A stretch of DNA of 43,134 nucleotides from an uncultured Clostridia bacterium (GTDB lineage Bacteria > Bacillota > Clostridia > Oscillospirales > CAG-272): contig CANRNZ010000003.1 of the NCBI GenBank assembly GCA_947632135.1, positions 1-43,134 of the forward strand. Direction: 5' to 3'. A model generated the notes under the pieces. The model worked only from the letters and a program-made list of their open reading frames with translations, ran no database searches and was not told the DNA's origin. Each line of letters starts with the position of its first letter. Position 1 is the first letter of the stretch. Positions 1-7,554 of the stretch are shown one piece after another. The position numbers were made by a program, and so were the translations under genes.

Positions 1-698
1 GCTTCTTTTTTGACTGTTTCGGCTACGCTTTTCTTGCTGTTTGCACAGGCTTTTACATGTGTTGCGTCAACAAAAACCTCTTTCGGATCGACTAAATTAT
101 GCTTGATACATTCTTCAAGGATCCTTGCAAATATCTGCTCGAATATATCCGTATCCTTAAATCGTCTTGTATAATTCTTTCCGAAGGTCGTGAAATGCGG
201 TACCTTATCCGTAAATCCAAGCCCAAGAAACCATCTGTATGCAACGTTTACCTCTGTTGCGTCAACAAAAACCTCTTTAGGATCGACTAAATTATGCTTG
301 ATACATTCTTCCAGTATCCTTGTAAATATCTGCTCGAATATATCCGTATCCTTAAATCGTCTTGTATAATTCTTTCCGAAGGTCGTGAAATGCGGTACCT
401 TATCCGTAAATCCAAGCCCAAGAAACCATCTGTATGCAACGTTTACCTCTATCTCTTTAATGGTCTGCCGCATACTCCTTATTCCATACAGATACTGTAT
501 GAACGGTATTTTGATCAGCGTTACGGGATCGATACTCGGTCTTCCATTGTCCGCGCTATATTTCTCCTCCACCAATTCATAAATGAAATCCCAATCAATT
601 GCCGCTTCGATCTTTCTCAGTAAGTGGTTCTCCGGCACTAGCTGCTCTACGCTTATTATCTCTATTTGCTCGCTTTTATTTTCCTTTACACTCAGCAC
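1..698 (-). CDS. IS1182-family (IS5-like DDE) transposase, N-terminal part, with in-frame 65-codon duplication; open at window edge
   Basis: Manual translation from GTG at 698 (SD-like AAGGGGTG upstream): MLSVKENKSEQIEIISVEQLVPENHLLRKIEAAIDWDFIYELVEEKYSADNGRPSIDPVTLIKIPFIQYLYGIRSMRQTIKEIEVNVAYRWFLGL...PHFTTFGKNYTRRF...VFVDATHVKACANSKK. Contains the DUF772-type GRPSIDP motif and the first DDE Asp (VDATHVKA). No stop before the window edge. Confidence 0.92.
   Translation of the reverse strand, partial: MLSVKENKSEQIEIISVEQLVPENHLLRKIEAAIDWDFIYELVEEKYSADNGRPSIDPVTLIKIPFIQYLYGIRSMRQTIKEIEVNVAYRWFLGLGFTDKVPHFTTFGKNYTRRFKDTDIFEQIFTRILEECIKHNLVDPKEVFVDATEVNVAYRWFLGLGFTDKVPHFTTFGKNYTRRFKDTDIFEQIFARILEECIKHNLVDPKEVFVDATHVKACANSKKSVAETVKKE
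60..450. repeat. Tandem direct duplication, 195-bp period (60-255 and 255-450), about 4 mismatches
   Basis: GTTGCGTCAACAAAAACCTC starts at 61 and at 256; both copies end GCAACGTTTACCTCT. Differences seen near 84, 117, 120 and 128. Confidence 0.97.
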
Positions 699-723
699 TT
701 TTTTCACCCCTTTTACCTCTTCT

Positions 724-732
724 ATTATACCA
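724..732 (-). promoter_or_regulatory. Extended -10 promoter (TGgTATAAT) for the transposase
   Basis: ATTATACCA on the plus strand, about 25 nt upstream of the GTG start, inside the IS end. Confidence 0.55.
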
Positions 733-933
733 TACTTTGACAAAAAAACAAAGCCCTTTTCAGAACTTTGTCTTCAGTCTGGGGCTTTGTCTTCAGGCTG
801 AATAAAATAGAATATTTTATAATAATTTACAATTTATTCAATAATTTATAAGAATATTTTTTACGAACATAGCGGAAGCGCGCCCGCGGGACCGTTTTTG
901 GCGCCGCGGACTCCTTCCGCAAATTTTATGCGC

Positions 934-962
934 TTGACATCATACTTTAAATGTGTTATAAA
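934..962 (+). promoter_or_regulatory. sigmaA-type promoter for the deacetylase/flavoprotein genes
   Basis: TTGACA (934-939), 17 bp, TATAAA (957-962) preceded by TG. Confidence 0.65.
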
Positions 963-1080
963 TGAATTATAAATTTGAATTATAAAAATTATAGATTAGA
1001 TATTAGCCAAATGAGTTATAAACCGACGGATATCGGCCGTACTATTCATTTATCATATATCATAAGGTAAGGCATAAGTT

Positions 1081-1923
1081 ATGATTAAAAATAAAATAAG
1101 AATTTGTCTTGACAGATTTCCCGAGGGCAGGACGCACGCCGTGACCTTCAGCTACGACGACGGGAGGATTCAGGACAAGAGACTTGTCGAAATATTAAAT
1201 AAGTACTCTCTTAAAGGAACCTTTCATCTTAACAGCTGTAATATGCCCGCTGTATATCCGTTTTTAAAGGACGCAAAGTACGTTTCTCCCGACGAAATAA
1301 AAGATGTCTACCGAGGCCACGAGGTCTCGTGCCATACAGTAACTCACCCCTTTTTGTGCGATACTCCCGATGCGGCAATAGTCGGCGAAATAACGGACAA
1401 CAAAGAGTTTATCGAAAAGTACTCGGGACAGATTGTAAGAGGAATGTCGTATCCCTTCGGTCAGTACGATGAGCGCGTGATAAATATATGCCGCGCTTGC
1501 GGAATGGAATACTCACGCACAGCAAGCAGCAGCTTTTCGTTTTCTCTCCCGTTGGATTTTATGAGATGGCAGCCGTCCTTTCACCATTCGCATCTCACTA
1601 ATGACACTGTCGACTCCTTTCTCGCCCGACCGCTCTGCCCTGCTCCGCGTCTTTTGTATATCTGGGGACACAGCTATGAATTTGACGAGTGCAATGACGC
1701 GGACGCTTGGAAAAAATTTGAAGATTTCTGCTCGTATGTTTCGGGTCGGAATGAGATTTGGTACGCGACGAATATTGAGTTTTACGACTATGTCTGCGCG
1801 GCGCGCTCTTTAAGATTCAGCGCCGACTGTTCCATTGTTTATAATCCCTCATCGTGTGACGTTTGGTTTTCCGCGGACGGTCGGGACATATGCGTAAAGG
1901 GCGGGGCAACGTCGGAGCTCTGA
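1081..1923 (+). CDS. Polysaccharide deacetylase (NodB/CE4 family), no signal peptide
   Basis: TFSYDDG motif 1, HEVSCHTVTHP metal-binding motif, SYPFG, LYIWGHSYE. Confidence 0.88.
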   Translation: MIKNKIRICLDRFPEGRTHAVTFSYDDGRIQDKRLVEILNKYSLKGTFHLNSCNMPAVYPFLKDAKYVSPDEIKDVYRGHEVSCHTVTHPFLCDTPDAAIVGEITDNKEFIEKYSGQIVRGMSYPFGQYDERVINICRACGMEYSRTASSSFSFSLPLDFMRWQPSFHHSHLTNDTVDSFLARPLCPAPRLLYIWGHSYEFDECNDADAWKKFEDFCSYVSGRNEIWYATNIEFYDYVCAARSLRFSADCSIVYNPSSCDVWFSADGRDICVKGGATSEL

Positions 1924-1994
1924 ATATTCAACGCTTAAACAAAATAATATTATAACATAAAATTCTAAAAAGAAATTCAAGGAGGAAATTTACA

Positions 1995-2633
1995 ATGGCT
2001 GCAACGGCAATGAAAGTTTTGCTTATAAACGGCAGTCCACACGCAAACGGCTGTACTCAAAGAGCGCTGAGAGAGGTCGAAAAAGCTCTGAACGGCGAAG
2101 GGATTGAAACGGAAAATATTCATATCGGCGCGCTTGATATAAGGGGCTGTATTTCATGTAAGTCCTGTGTGTCACTCGGAAAATGCGTATTTGACGACAT
2201 TGTAAACGACGTCGCTGCGAAATTTGAAACGGCAAACGGCATTGTTGTCGGCTCTCCCGTTTACTATGCGGGCTCAAACGGAACTGTTCTGTCATTTCTC
2301 GACAGACTGTTTTACAGTACGCGCTTTGACAAAACAATGAAGGTCGGCGCCTGCGTGCTGTCGTCAAGGAGAGCCGGGAGCACATCTGCATTCGATGAGA
2401 TAAACAAGTATTTTACGATTTGCTCAATGCCGATTGTTTCGAGTACATATTGGAACGAGGTCCACGGCTCTGCTGCCGAGGACGTTGAAAAGGATTTGGA
2501 AGGGCTTCAGATAATGCGAAACCTTGGGAGAAACATGGCGTTTATGATAAAGTCAATAGAGCTAGGAAAGGAAAAATACGGTCTTCCCGAAAAAGAAGCG
2601 AAGAAATTTACAAACTTCGCCGACGGGCTTTAA
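1995..2633 (+). CDS. Flavodoxin-like iron-sulfur flavoprotein / NADPH-dependent FMN reductase family
   Basis: KVLLINGSPHANGCT FMN loop, CISCKSCVSLGKC cluster motif, GSPVYY; strong SD AAGGAGG. Confidence 0.88.
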   Translation: MAATAMKVLLINGSPHANGCTQRALREVEKALNGEGIETENIHIGALDIRGCISCKSCVSLGKCVFDDIVNDVAAKFETANGIVVGSPVYYAGSNGTVLSFLDRLFYSTRFDKTMKVGACVLSSRRAGSTSAFDEINKYFTICSMPIVSSTYWNEVHGSAAEDVEKDLEGLQIMRNLGRNMAFMIKSIELGKEKYGLPEKEAKKFTNFADGL

Positions 2634-2741
2634 TACGTCGCTCGACAAGGAAAACGTTCAATCATTCTCTGCTTTGTGTCTCCGATTTTATAAAACCACT
2701 TTCCGTTTTTTACCTCTTCACTATTACCTCTCTTACATGCA

Positions 2742-2776
2742 AAAAATCGGCAAGTCCAAATGACTTGCCGATTTTT
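2742..2776. terminator. Bidirectional rho-independent terminator
   Basis: AAAAATCGGCAAGTC-caaat-GACTTGCCGATTTTT, between the convergent flavoprotein gene and the tRNA-Gly 3' end. Confidence 0.85.
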
Positions 2777-2777
2777 G

Positions 2778-2851
2778 TGGAGCAGATGACGGGAATCGAA
2801 CCCGCGTATTCAGCTTGGGAAGCTGACATTCTGCCATTGAATTACATCTGC
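2778..2851 (-). tRNA. tRNA-Gly (CCC)
   Basis: Reverse complement GCAGATG...TCAGC-TTCCCAA-GCTGA...GGTTCGATTCCC...CATCTGCTCCA; 74 nt with encoded CCA. Confidence 0.96.
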
Positions 2852-2940
2852 GTATATATTCATTTTTTAATTTTGAATTTTTAATTTTAAAATATTAAAA
2901 TAAACTGTAAAACCGAAAAAAATAATAATTATCAGAAAAG

Positions 2941-2973
2941 TGACCCGAAAGAAATTATTTTACTTTCGGGTCA
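2941..2973 (-). terminator. Hairpin terminator directly after tRNA-Leu(CAG)
   Basis: TGACCCGAAAG...CTTTCGGGTCA inverted repeat, followed by CTTTTCT on the minus strand. Confidence 0.65.
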
Positions 2974-3060
2974 TGGTGCGGATAAGAGGACTTGAACCTC
3001 CACCGAGTTGCCCCGACTAGAACCTGAATCTAGCGCGTCTGCCAATTCCGCCATATCCGC
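2974..3060 (-). tRNA. tRNA-Leu (CAG)
   Basis: Reverse complement GCGGATATGGCGGAATTGGCAGACGCG-CTAGA-TTCAGGT-TCTAG, long variable arm, GGTTCAAGTCC...ATCCGCACCA; 87 nt. Confidence 0.96.
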
Positions 3061-3145
3061 TGGTGCGAGAAACGGGACTTGAACCCGTACGGTGTGAACC
3101 ACACGCCCCTCAAACGTGCGCGTCTGCCAGTTCCGCCACTCTCGC
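3061..3145 (-). tRNA. tRNA-Leu (GAG)
   Basis: Reverse complement GCGAGAGTGGCGGAACTGGCAGACGCG-CACGT-TTGAGGG-GCGTG...GGTTCAAGTCCC...CTCGCACCA; 85 nt. Confidence 0.96.
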
Positions 3146-3164
3146 GTTTGCTTTGCGCCTTTGT

Positions 3165-3193
3165 AGTTTACTATAATTCATTTAAAATGTCAA
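3165..3193 (-). promoter_or_regulatory. sigmaA promoter of the tRNA-Leu pair
   Basis: TTGACA (3193-3188), 17 bp, TAAACT (3170-3165); about 20 nt before the tRNA 5' end. Confidence 0.75.
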
Positions 3194-3282
3194 TAGTTTT
3201 TTTAATTTTTATTTATATTCCGTTTTCACGGATTCTGATTTTTGAGAGTTATTTCAAGCCGAAAACCGCTTTTTTTGCAAGG

Positions 3283-3311
3283 TTGACAATATATTAACTT
3301 TATTGTATAAT
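3283..3311 (+). promoter_or_regulatory. Consensus sigmaA promoter for the NusG-II/Gx/apbE/miaB operon
   Basis: TTGACA (3283-3288), 17 bp, TATAAT (3306-3311). Confidence 0.8.
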
Positions 3312-3442
3312 TATATAATATAGCGGACTGTTTTTGCGTCGAAAAGTCGAAAATGCAATTAAAAGCGAAAAAAGAAATACTCCGTATATTATTGATTGTT
3401 ATTATTGATTTATATTGATTTTTACTGATTTTATTGAATATT

Positions 3443-3835
3443 ATGGAGAAAATACTTCCGAATAAAAAGCCGACGGCGCTTGATTTTATAATAATCGCCA
3501 TATTTCTCGCTTTTGCTCTGCTGTTTATTTTTTTCAGCGTCGGGGGCGAGAGCTTGTCCGTAACAGTCACAAGCGATGTCGGCGAGACGACGTACCCGCT
3601 TGACAGGGACATGACGCTCCATATAAGCAGCGGCGGATATAATTATACTGTTGAAATAAAGGACGGGAAAGCCGCCGTCACCGAGGCAGACTGCCCCGAC
3701 GGAATATGCAAAAGCACACGCCCGATTGACCGTGACGGCGGTTCGATAATTTGCGTTCCCGGAGGACTGCTTATAAAATCAAACATCTCACATGGAGAGG
3801 CGGAAAATGGAAAAGCGGACATCATCATCCCGTAG
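3443..3835 (+). CDS. NusG domain II-containing membrane-anchored protein (EetA/Lin0431-like)
   Basis: N-terminal TM helix; VEIKDGKAAVTEADCPDGIC...IICVP signature. Start may be ATG 3443 or TTG 3434. Confidence 0.85.
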   Translation: MEKILPNKKPTALDFIIIAIFLAFALLFIFFSVGGESLSVTVTSDVGETTYPLDRDMTLHISSGGYNYTVEIKDGKAAVTEADCPDGICKSTRPIDRDGGSIICVPGGLLIKSNISHGEAENGKADIIIP

Positions 3836-4370
3836 TGCCTCGAGCAAAGCAAGCAATGCAAAGGAAGCGGCCCTCGGCGCGGCATATGTCTGCCTTGCGC
3901 TCGCGCTTTCCTTTCTTGAATCGCAAATACCGTTTGACGCGCTCGTTCCGATACCGGGCTTCAAGCTCGGTCTTGCCAATATCGTAATATGTACGGTCTT
4001 TTACAGACACTCGGCAAAAACGGCGCTTCTTGTTTTAATATGCAGACTTGCCCTGTCATTTATTCTTTTTTCAAACATATCCTCCTTTATTTTCTCGCTC
4101 GTCGGAGCGCTTTTGTCCTACACTTCCCTTTTTATTTCAAAATATATTCTGAGAAGCAGGATAAGCTTTATCGGAGTGTCGGTTATATCGGCGGTCTTTC
4201 ACAATATGGGTCAGCTTGCCGCGGCGCTTTTGGTAACGGGAAGTCTCTCGGCGCTGTTCTATATGCCGTACCTTGTTTTGGCGGCTGTGATTTGCGGAGG
4301 AGCCACCGGGGTAATTCTCTGCTTTCTTCCGAGAAATGTTTTCTTTGAAAAGGAGCTGAAAAGCTTATGA
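3807..4370 (+). CDS. Gx transporter / Hpre_diP_synt_I family membrane protein (EetB-like ECF S-component)
   Basis: LSFLESQIP...PGFKLGLANIV...GVSVISAVFHNMGQL signature. ATG 3807 follows GGAGAGG. Confidence 0.88.
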   Translation: MEKRTSSSRSASSKASNAKEAALGAAYVCLALALSFLESQIPFDALVPIPGFKLGLANIVICTVFYRHSAKTALLVLICRLALSFILFSNISSFIFSLVGALLSYTSLFISKYILRSRISFIGVSVISAVFHNMGQLAAALLVTGSLSALFYMPYLVLAAVICGGATGVILCFLPRNVFFEKELKSL

Positions 4371-5479
4371 AAAAATTTATTTCAGCGTTTCTTGCGGCGG
4401 TTGTTTTTATAGCTGTTTTATCCTCTTTTTCCTCTTGCGAAAAAAACGAGGAAAAGGAGTACTTTGACGCGAACTTTATCGCGATGGACACCGCGGTAAC
4501 GGTTCGTCTCGCAAGAAACAGCGGAAAAAAGGACGGACGAAAAATAATATATTTCGATGACGCTTACCTTAACGAAATAAAACAAAACTGCGCCGATATA
4601 GCAAAGGAGATAGAGGCTTCCCTTTCAAGAACAATCGACGGCAGTATTGTATCGTATATCAACAAAGAGACAGACTGCGTTTTGGACATTGACGGCGATT
4701 TTATATCTCTTCTGAATGAATCCTTCGAGCTCTCGGAGAACACGGGCGGCGCGTTCAACATAACTCTCGGCACTCTCACCGAGCTTTGGAATATAACGGG
4801 AGACACCCACCGAGTACCCTCTGCCGAGGAAATATCCGACGCCCTCAGCCACACGGGAAACGACAAGATAACAGTTGGAGCCTCCGACGTGAAAAAGAGC
4901 GACAGAAAGCTGAAAATCGACCTCGGCGCTATCGGAAAGGGGTACGCTCTTGAAAAAATAACGGAGTATCTTGAGTCGACCGACGTTCTTTACGGACTTG
5001 TGTCATTCGGAGGAAACGTTTCGGTGTTCGGCTCAAAGGAAATAAAGGGAACAAAGGACGAGGAAAGTCAAAAATACAAAATAGGGATTACCGACCCGCT
5101 CGATACGTCAAAGGTCGTAGGATACGTATATATCGACAGCGGATACGTGTCCGTATCGGGAGATTATGAGAGATACTTTGAGGAAAACGGGATAAGATAT
5201 CATCACATATTCGACCCCGAGACAGGCTATCCCGCCGATTCGGGGCTTTCAAGCGTTGCTGTCATATGCTCCGACGCGAGCACGGCGGACGCGCTGTCCA
5301 CGGCGCTTTTCGTGATGGGGTACGAGAAGGCGCTTGACTTTTATAAGTCCGAAAAATATGATTTTGAGGCGGTATTTACAAAAAAAGACGGGACGACACT
5401 TCTGACAAGCGGACTTTCCGAGAGCGGCATGTTTGAGGAATACGTCGAGGAACCCGCCGAACCTGCAAATACCGATTGA
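4367..5479 (+). CDS. apbE: FAD:protein FMN transferase (ApbE/FmnB), lipoprotein
   Basis: Lipobox FSSC; AMDT, IDLGAIGKGYA, SVSGDYERYF, YHHIFDPETGYP, ADALSTALFVMG motifs. Confidence 0.94.
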   Translation: MKKFISAFLAAVVFIAVLSSFSSCEKNEEKEYFDANFIAMDTAVTVRLARNSGKKDGRKIIYFDDAYLNEIKQNCADIAKEIEASLSRTIDGSIVSYINKETDCVLDIDGDFISLLNESFELSENTGGAFNITLGTLTELWNITGDTHRVPSAEEISDALSHTGNDKITVGASDVKKSDRKLKIDLGAIGKGYALEKITEYLESTDVLYGLVSFGGNVSVFGSKEIKGTKDEESQKYKIGITDPLDTSKVVGYVYIDSGYVSVSGDYERYFEENGIRYHHIFDPETGYPADSGLSSVAVICSDASTADALSTALFVMGYEKALDFYKSEKYDFEAVFTKKDGTTLLTSGLSESGMFEEYVEEPAEPANTD

Positions 5480-5501
5480 ACCGAGAACTTGGAGGAAACC
5501 T

Positions 5502-6965
5502 TTGGCGACGGAAAAACAATATAAAGATTCTTTTATGGAAAAAATTGAAAAAACAGAAAAAGCAGAAAAGTACGGTGAGAGGACGGAAGTCGAATATTTT
5601 GCGTCGGCGGTAGCCGAGATAAACGCCGCAAAATACGGCGCAGAGCGTCCCGGATTTTATATACAGACTCTCGGCTGTCAGCAGAATGAGGCGGACAGCG
5701 AGAGGATAGCGGGACTTGCCGTCATGATGGGATACAAGGCCGCGGGCGACCCGTCGGAGGCAAAGCTTATAATCGTAAATACCTGTGCGGTGCGCGAGCA
5801 CGCGGAGATAAAGGCGCTTTCTCTTATCGGAGAGTACAAGCATTTAAAGGATAAGGACCCCGAAATTATAATCGGTGTCGGCGGCTGCATGGTGACTCAA
5901 AAGCATCGCAGCGACAAGCTGAAAAACAGCTACCCTTACGTTAATTTCGTCTTTGACACAGGAGCCGTCCACCGCGTTCCCGAGCTTGTTTTCAATGCGG
6001 TTTGCGGCAAAAAAAGAGAATTTATTCATTCGGACAAATTCGAGATAACGGAATCAATACCTACATACAGAAAAGCTCCGCACACGGCGTGGCTCTCCGT
6101 TATGTACGGCTGCAATAATTTCTGCTCTTACTGTATCGTGCCTTATGTCAGAGGAAGAGAGCGAAGCAGACTTCCCGAGGACGTGATATCAGAGGCAAAA
6201 GAGCTTATTTCAAGCGGGGCAAAGGAAATCACTCTTCTCGGGCAAAACGTAAATTCATACGGAAAGGATATCTCAAACGGCATCTCTTTTGCCGCGCTTC
6301 TTCGAAAAATCTGCGCGCTCGACGGGGATTTCAGACTGAAATTTATGACAAGCCACCCGAAGGACGCATCTGACGAGCTTATATCCGCGATTGCCGAAGA
6401 GGAAAAAATAGCAAAACACCTGCATTTGCCCGTGCAGTCGGGCTCAGACAGGATACTGAGTCTCATGAACAGGCGCTACGACTCCGAAAAATATCTTAAA
6501 ATCATTGATAAGCTTAAAAAAGCATGCCCCGACGTCAGCATAACGTCGGATATTATAGTCGGCTTTCCGGGCGAGACTGAAGAGGATTTCAAAGCGACTC
6601 TCGACATTATAAAAGAGGTTCGCTATGACGCGCTCTTTTCGTTTATCTTTTCGCCGCGCGAGGGTACTCCCGCGGCAAGAATGGAAAATTTCGTCCCGAA
6701 AGAGGTATCGACGGAGCGTTTTTCAAAATTGCTCGAGCTGTCAAACGCCATCTCCCTTGAGAGAAACAAACGCTTTGTAGGCAGAACCTTGAAGGTACTT
6801 GCGGAGGGAGTCAGCAAGAATGATTCAAATATGCTGACCGGCCGCTCGGATTCGCCGAGACCTATTCATTTCAAAGGAGATAATTCCGTTATCGGCGAAT
6901 TTGTCAATGTCAGAGTAACCGAGGCGGAAACCTTTTCAATGAACGGGGAAACGGTAAAACGATAA
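5502..6965 (+). CDS. miaB: tRNA-2-methylthio-N6-dimethylallyladenosine synthase
   Basis: TLGCQQNEADS, NTCAVRE, radical-SAM GCNNFCSYC, C-terminal TRAM domain. Likely TTG start at 5502 after GGAGG. Confidence 0.95.
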   Translation: MATEKQYKDSFMEKIEKTEKAEKYGERTEVEYFASAVAEINAAKYGAERPGFYIQTLGCQQNEADSERIAGLAVMMGYKAAGDPSEAKLIIVNTCAVREHAEIKALSLIGEYKHLKDKDPEIIIGVGGCMVTQKHRSDKLKNSYPYVNFVFDTGAVHRVPELVFNAVCGKKREFIHSDKFEITESIPTYRKAPHTAWLSVMYGCNNFCSYCIVPYVRGRERSRLPEDVISEAKELISSGAKEITLLGQNVNSYGKDISNGISFAALLRKICALDGDFRLKFMTSHPKDASDELISAIAEEEKIAKHLHLPVQSGSDRILSLMNRRYDSEKYLKIIDKLKKACPDVSITSDIIVGFPGETEEDFKATLDIIKEVRYDALFSFIFSPREGTPAARMENFVPKEVSTERFSKLLELSNAISLERNKRFVGRTLKVLAEGVSKNDSNMLTGRSDSPRPIHFKGDNSVIGEFVNVRVTEAETFSMNGETVKR

Positions 6966-7056
6966 AACGATAAAACGGTAAATATGCGAAATTTTCGAAA
7001 GCATTTATAAACTGACTGAGAAATCAAAAAATAAAATATTATAATTTAAAAAAGGA

Positions 7057-7488
7057 ATGAAAGATAAAATGGAAGCCAAAACAGAAAAGAAAATCATATC
7101 GGACGGACTTACGGCGGCAATTCATGTTGTCGCGGACCTTATAAAAGCCGATTCAAGACACAAGGCAATATCGGATGCGTCCGAGGCTTATTCAAAAAAC
7201 GAGGAGCTGACAAAGCTGCTTGAGGAATACAACGCCGTTCAGGAGGCGCTCGGGCTTGAATATCAAAAGGAAACGCCCGACAACGACGCGGCATCAGCTC
7301 TTCAGTCAAGGCTTGACGAGATATACGGCGCCGTTACAAATCACCCTGTGTATGTCAGATTCAGAGAGGCCTCCGAGGACTACGAGGAGATGACAAACGA
7401 GGTTTACGCCGAGCTTGAATACGCCGTGACTGGAAAGCGTCCTCAGTCGTGTACGCACGACTGCTCGACGTGCGGCGGATGTCATTGA
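7057..7488 (+). CDS. YlbF/YmcA (Com_YlbF, Ric-family) regulator with C-terminal Cys cluster
   Basis: Helical protein between miaB and mutS (typical position), ending SCTHDCSTCGGCH. Confidence 0.78.
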   Translation: MKDKMEAKTEKKIISDGLTAAIHVVADLIKADSRHKAISDASEAYSKNEELTKLLEEYNAVQEALGLEYQKETPDNDAASALQSRLDEIYGAVTNHPVYVRFREASEDYEEMTNEVYAELEYAVTGKRPQSCTHDCSTCGGCH

Positions 7489-7554
7489 CAAATGACGATA
7501 TCGGGACAACAGGATAATAAAGCTATTTAAAACGGCTTTACGCAGGAGGTATAC

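Larger units (their letters stand above)
1..801 (-). mobile_element. IS1182-family insertion sequence, left part (truncated by window edge)
   Basis: Transposase ORF on the minus strand, plus IR-like end sequences CTTTGTCTTCAGTCTG (766-781) and CTTTGTCTTCAGGCTG (785-800). Sequence turns sharply AT-rich after 801. Confidence 0.85.

Noticed and set aside
99-805. Plus-strand ORFs 99-290, 294-623, 385-582, 583-801 and 599-805, including two near-identical peptides
   Set aside because: They are antisense shadows of the minus-strand transposase; the identity comes from the 195-bp duplication.
872-920. GC-rich patch with inverted ends GCGGAAG/CTTCCGC as a possible RNA element
   Set aside because: It lies upstream of the -35 box, the stem is short and imperfect, and no riboswitch motif is recognisable.
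1-2777. Integrative island at the tRNA-Gly 3' end
   Set aside because: The position fits, but there is no integrase and no duplicated tRNA 3' end in the window, and the native terminator follows the tRNA directly.
3079-3297. 72-aa ORF
   Set aside because: It lies antisense over tRNA-Leu and its promoter.
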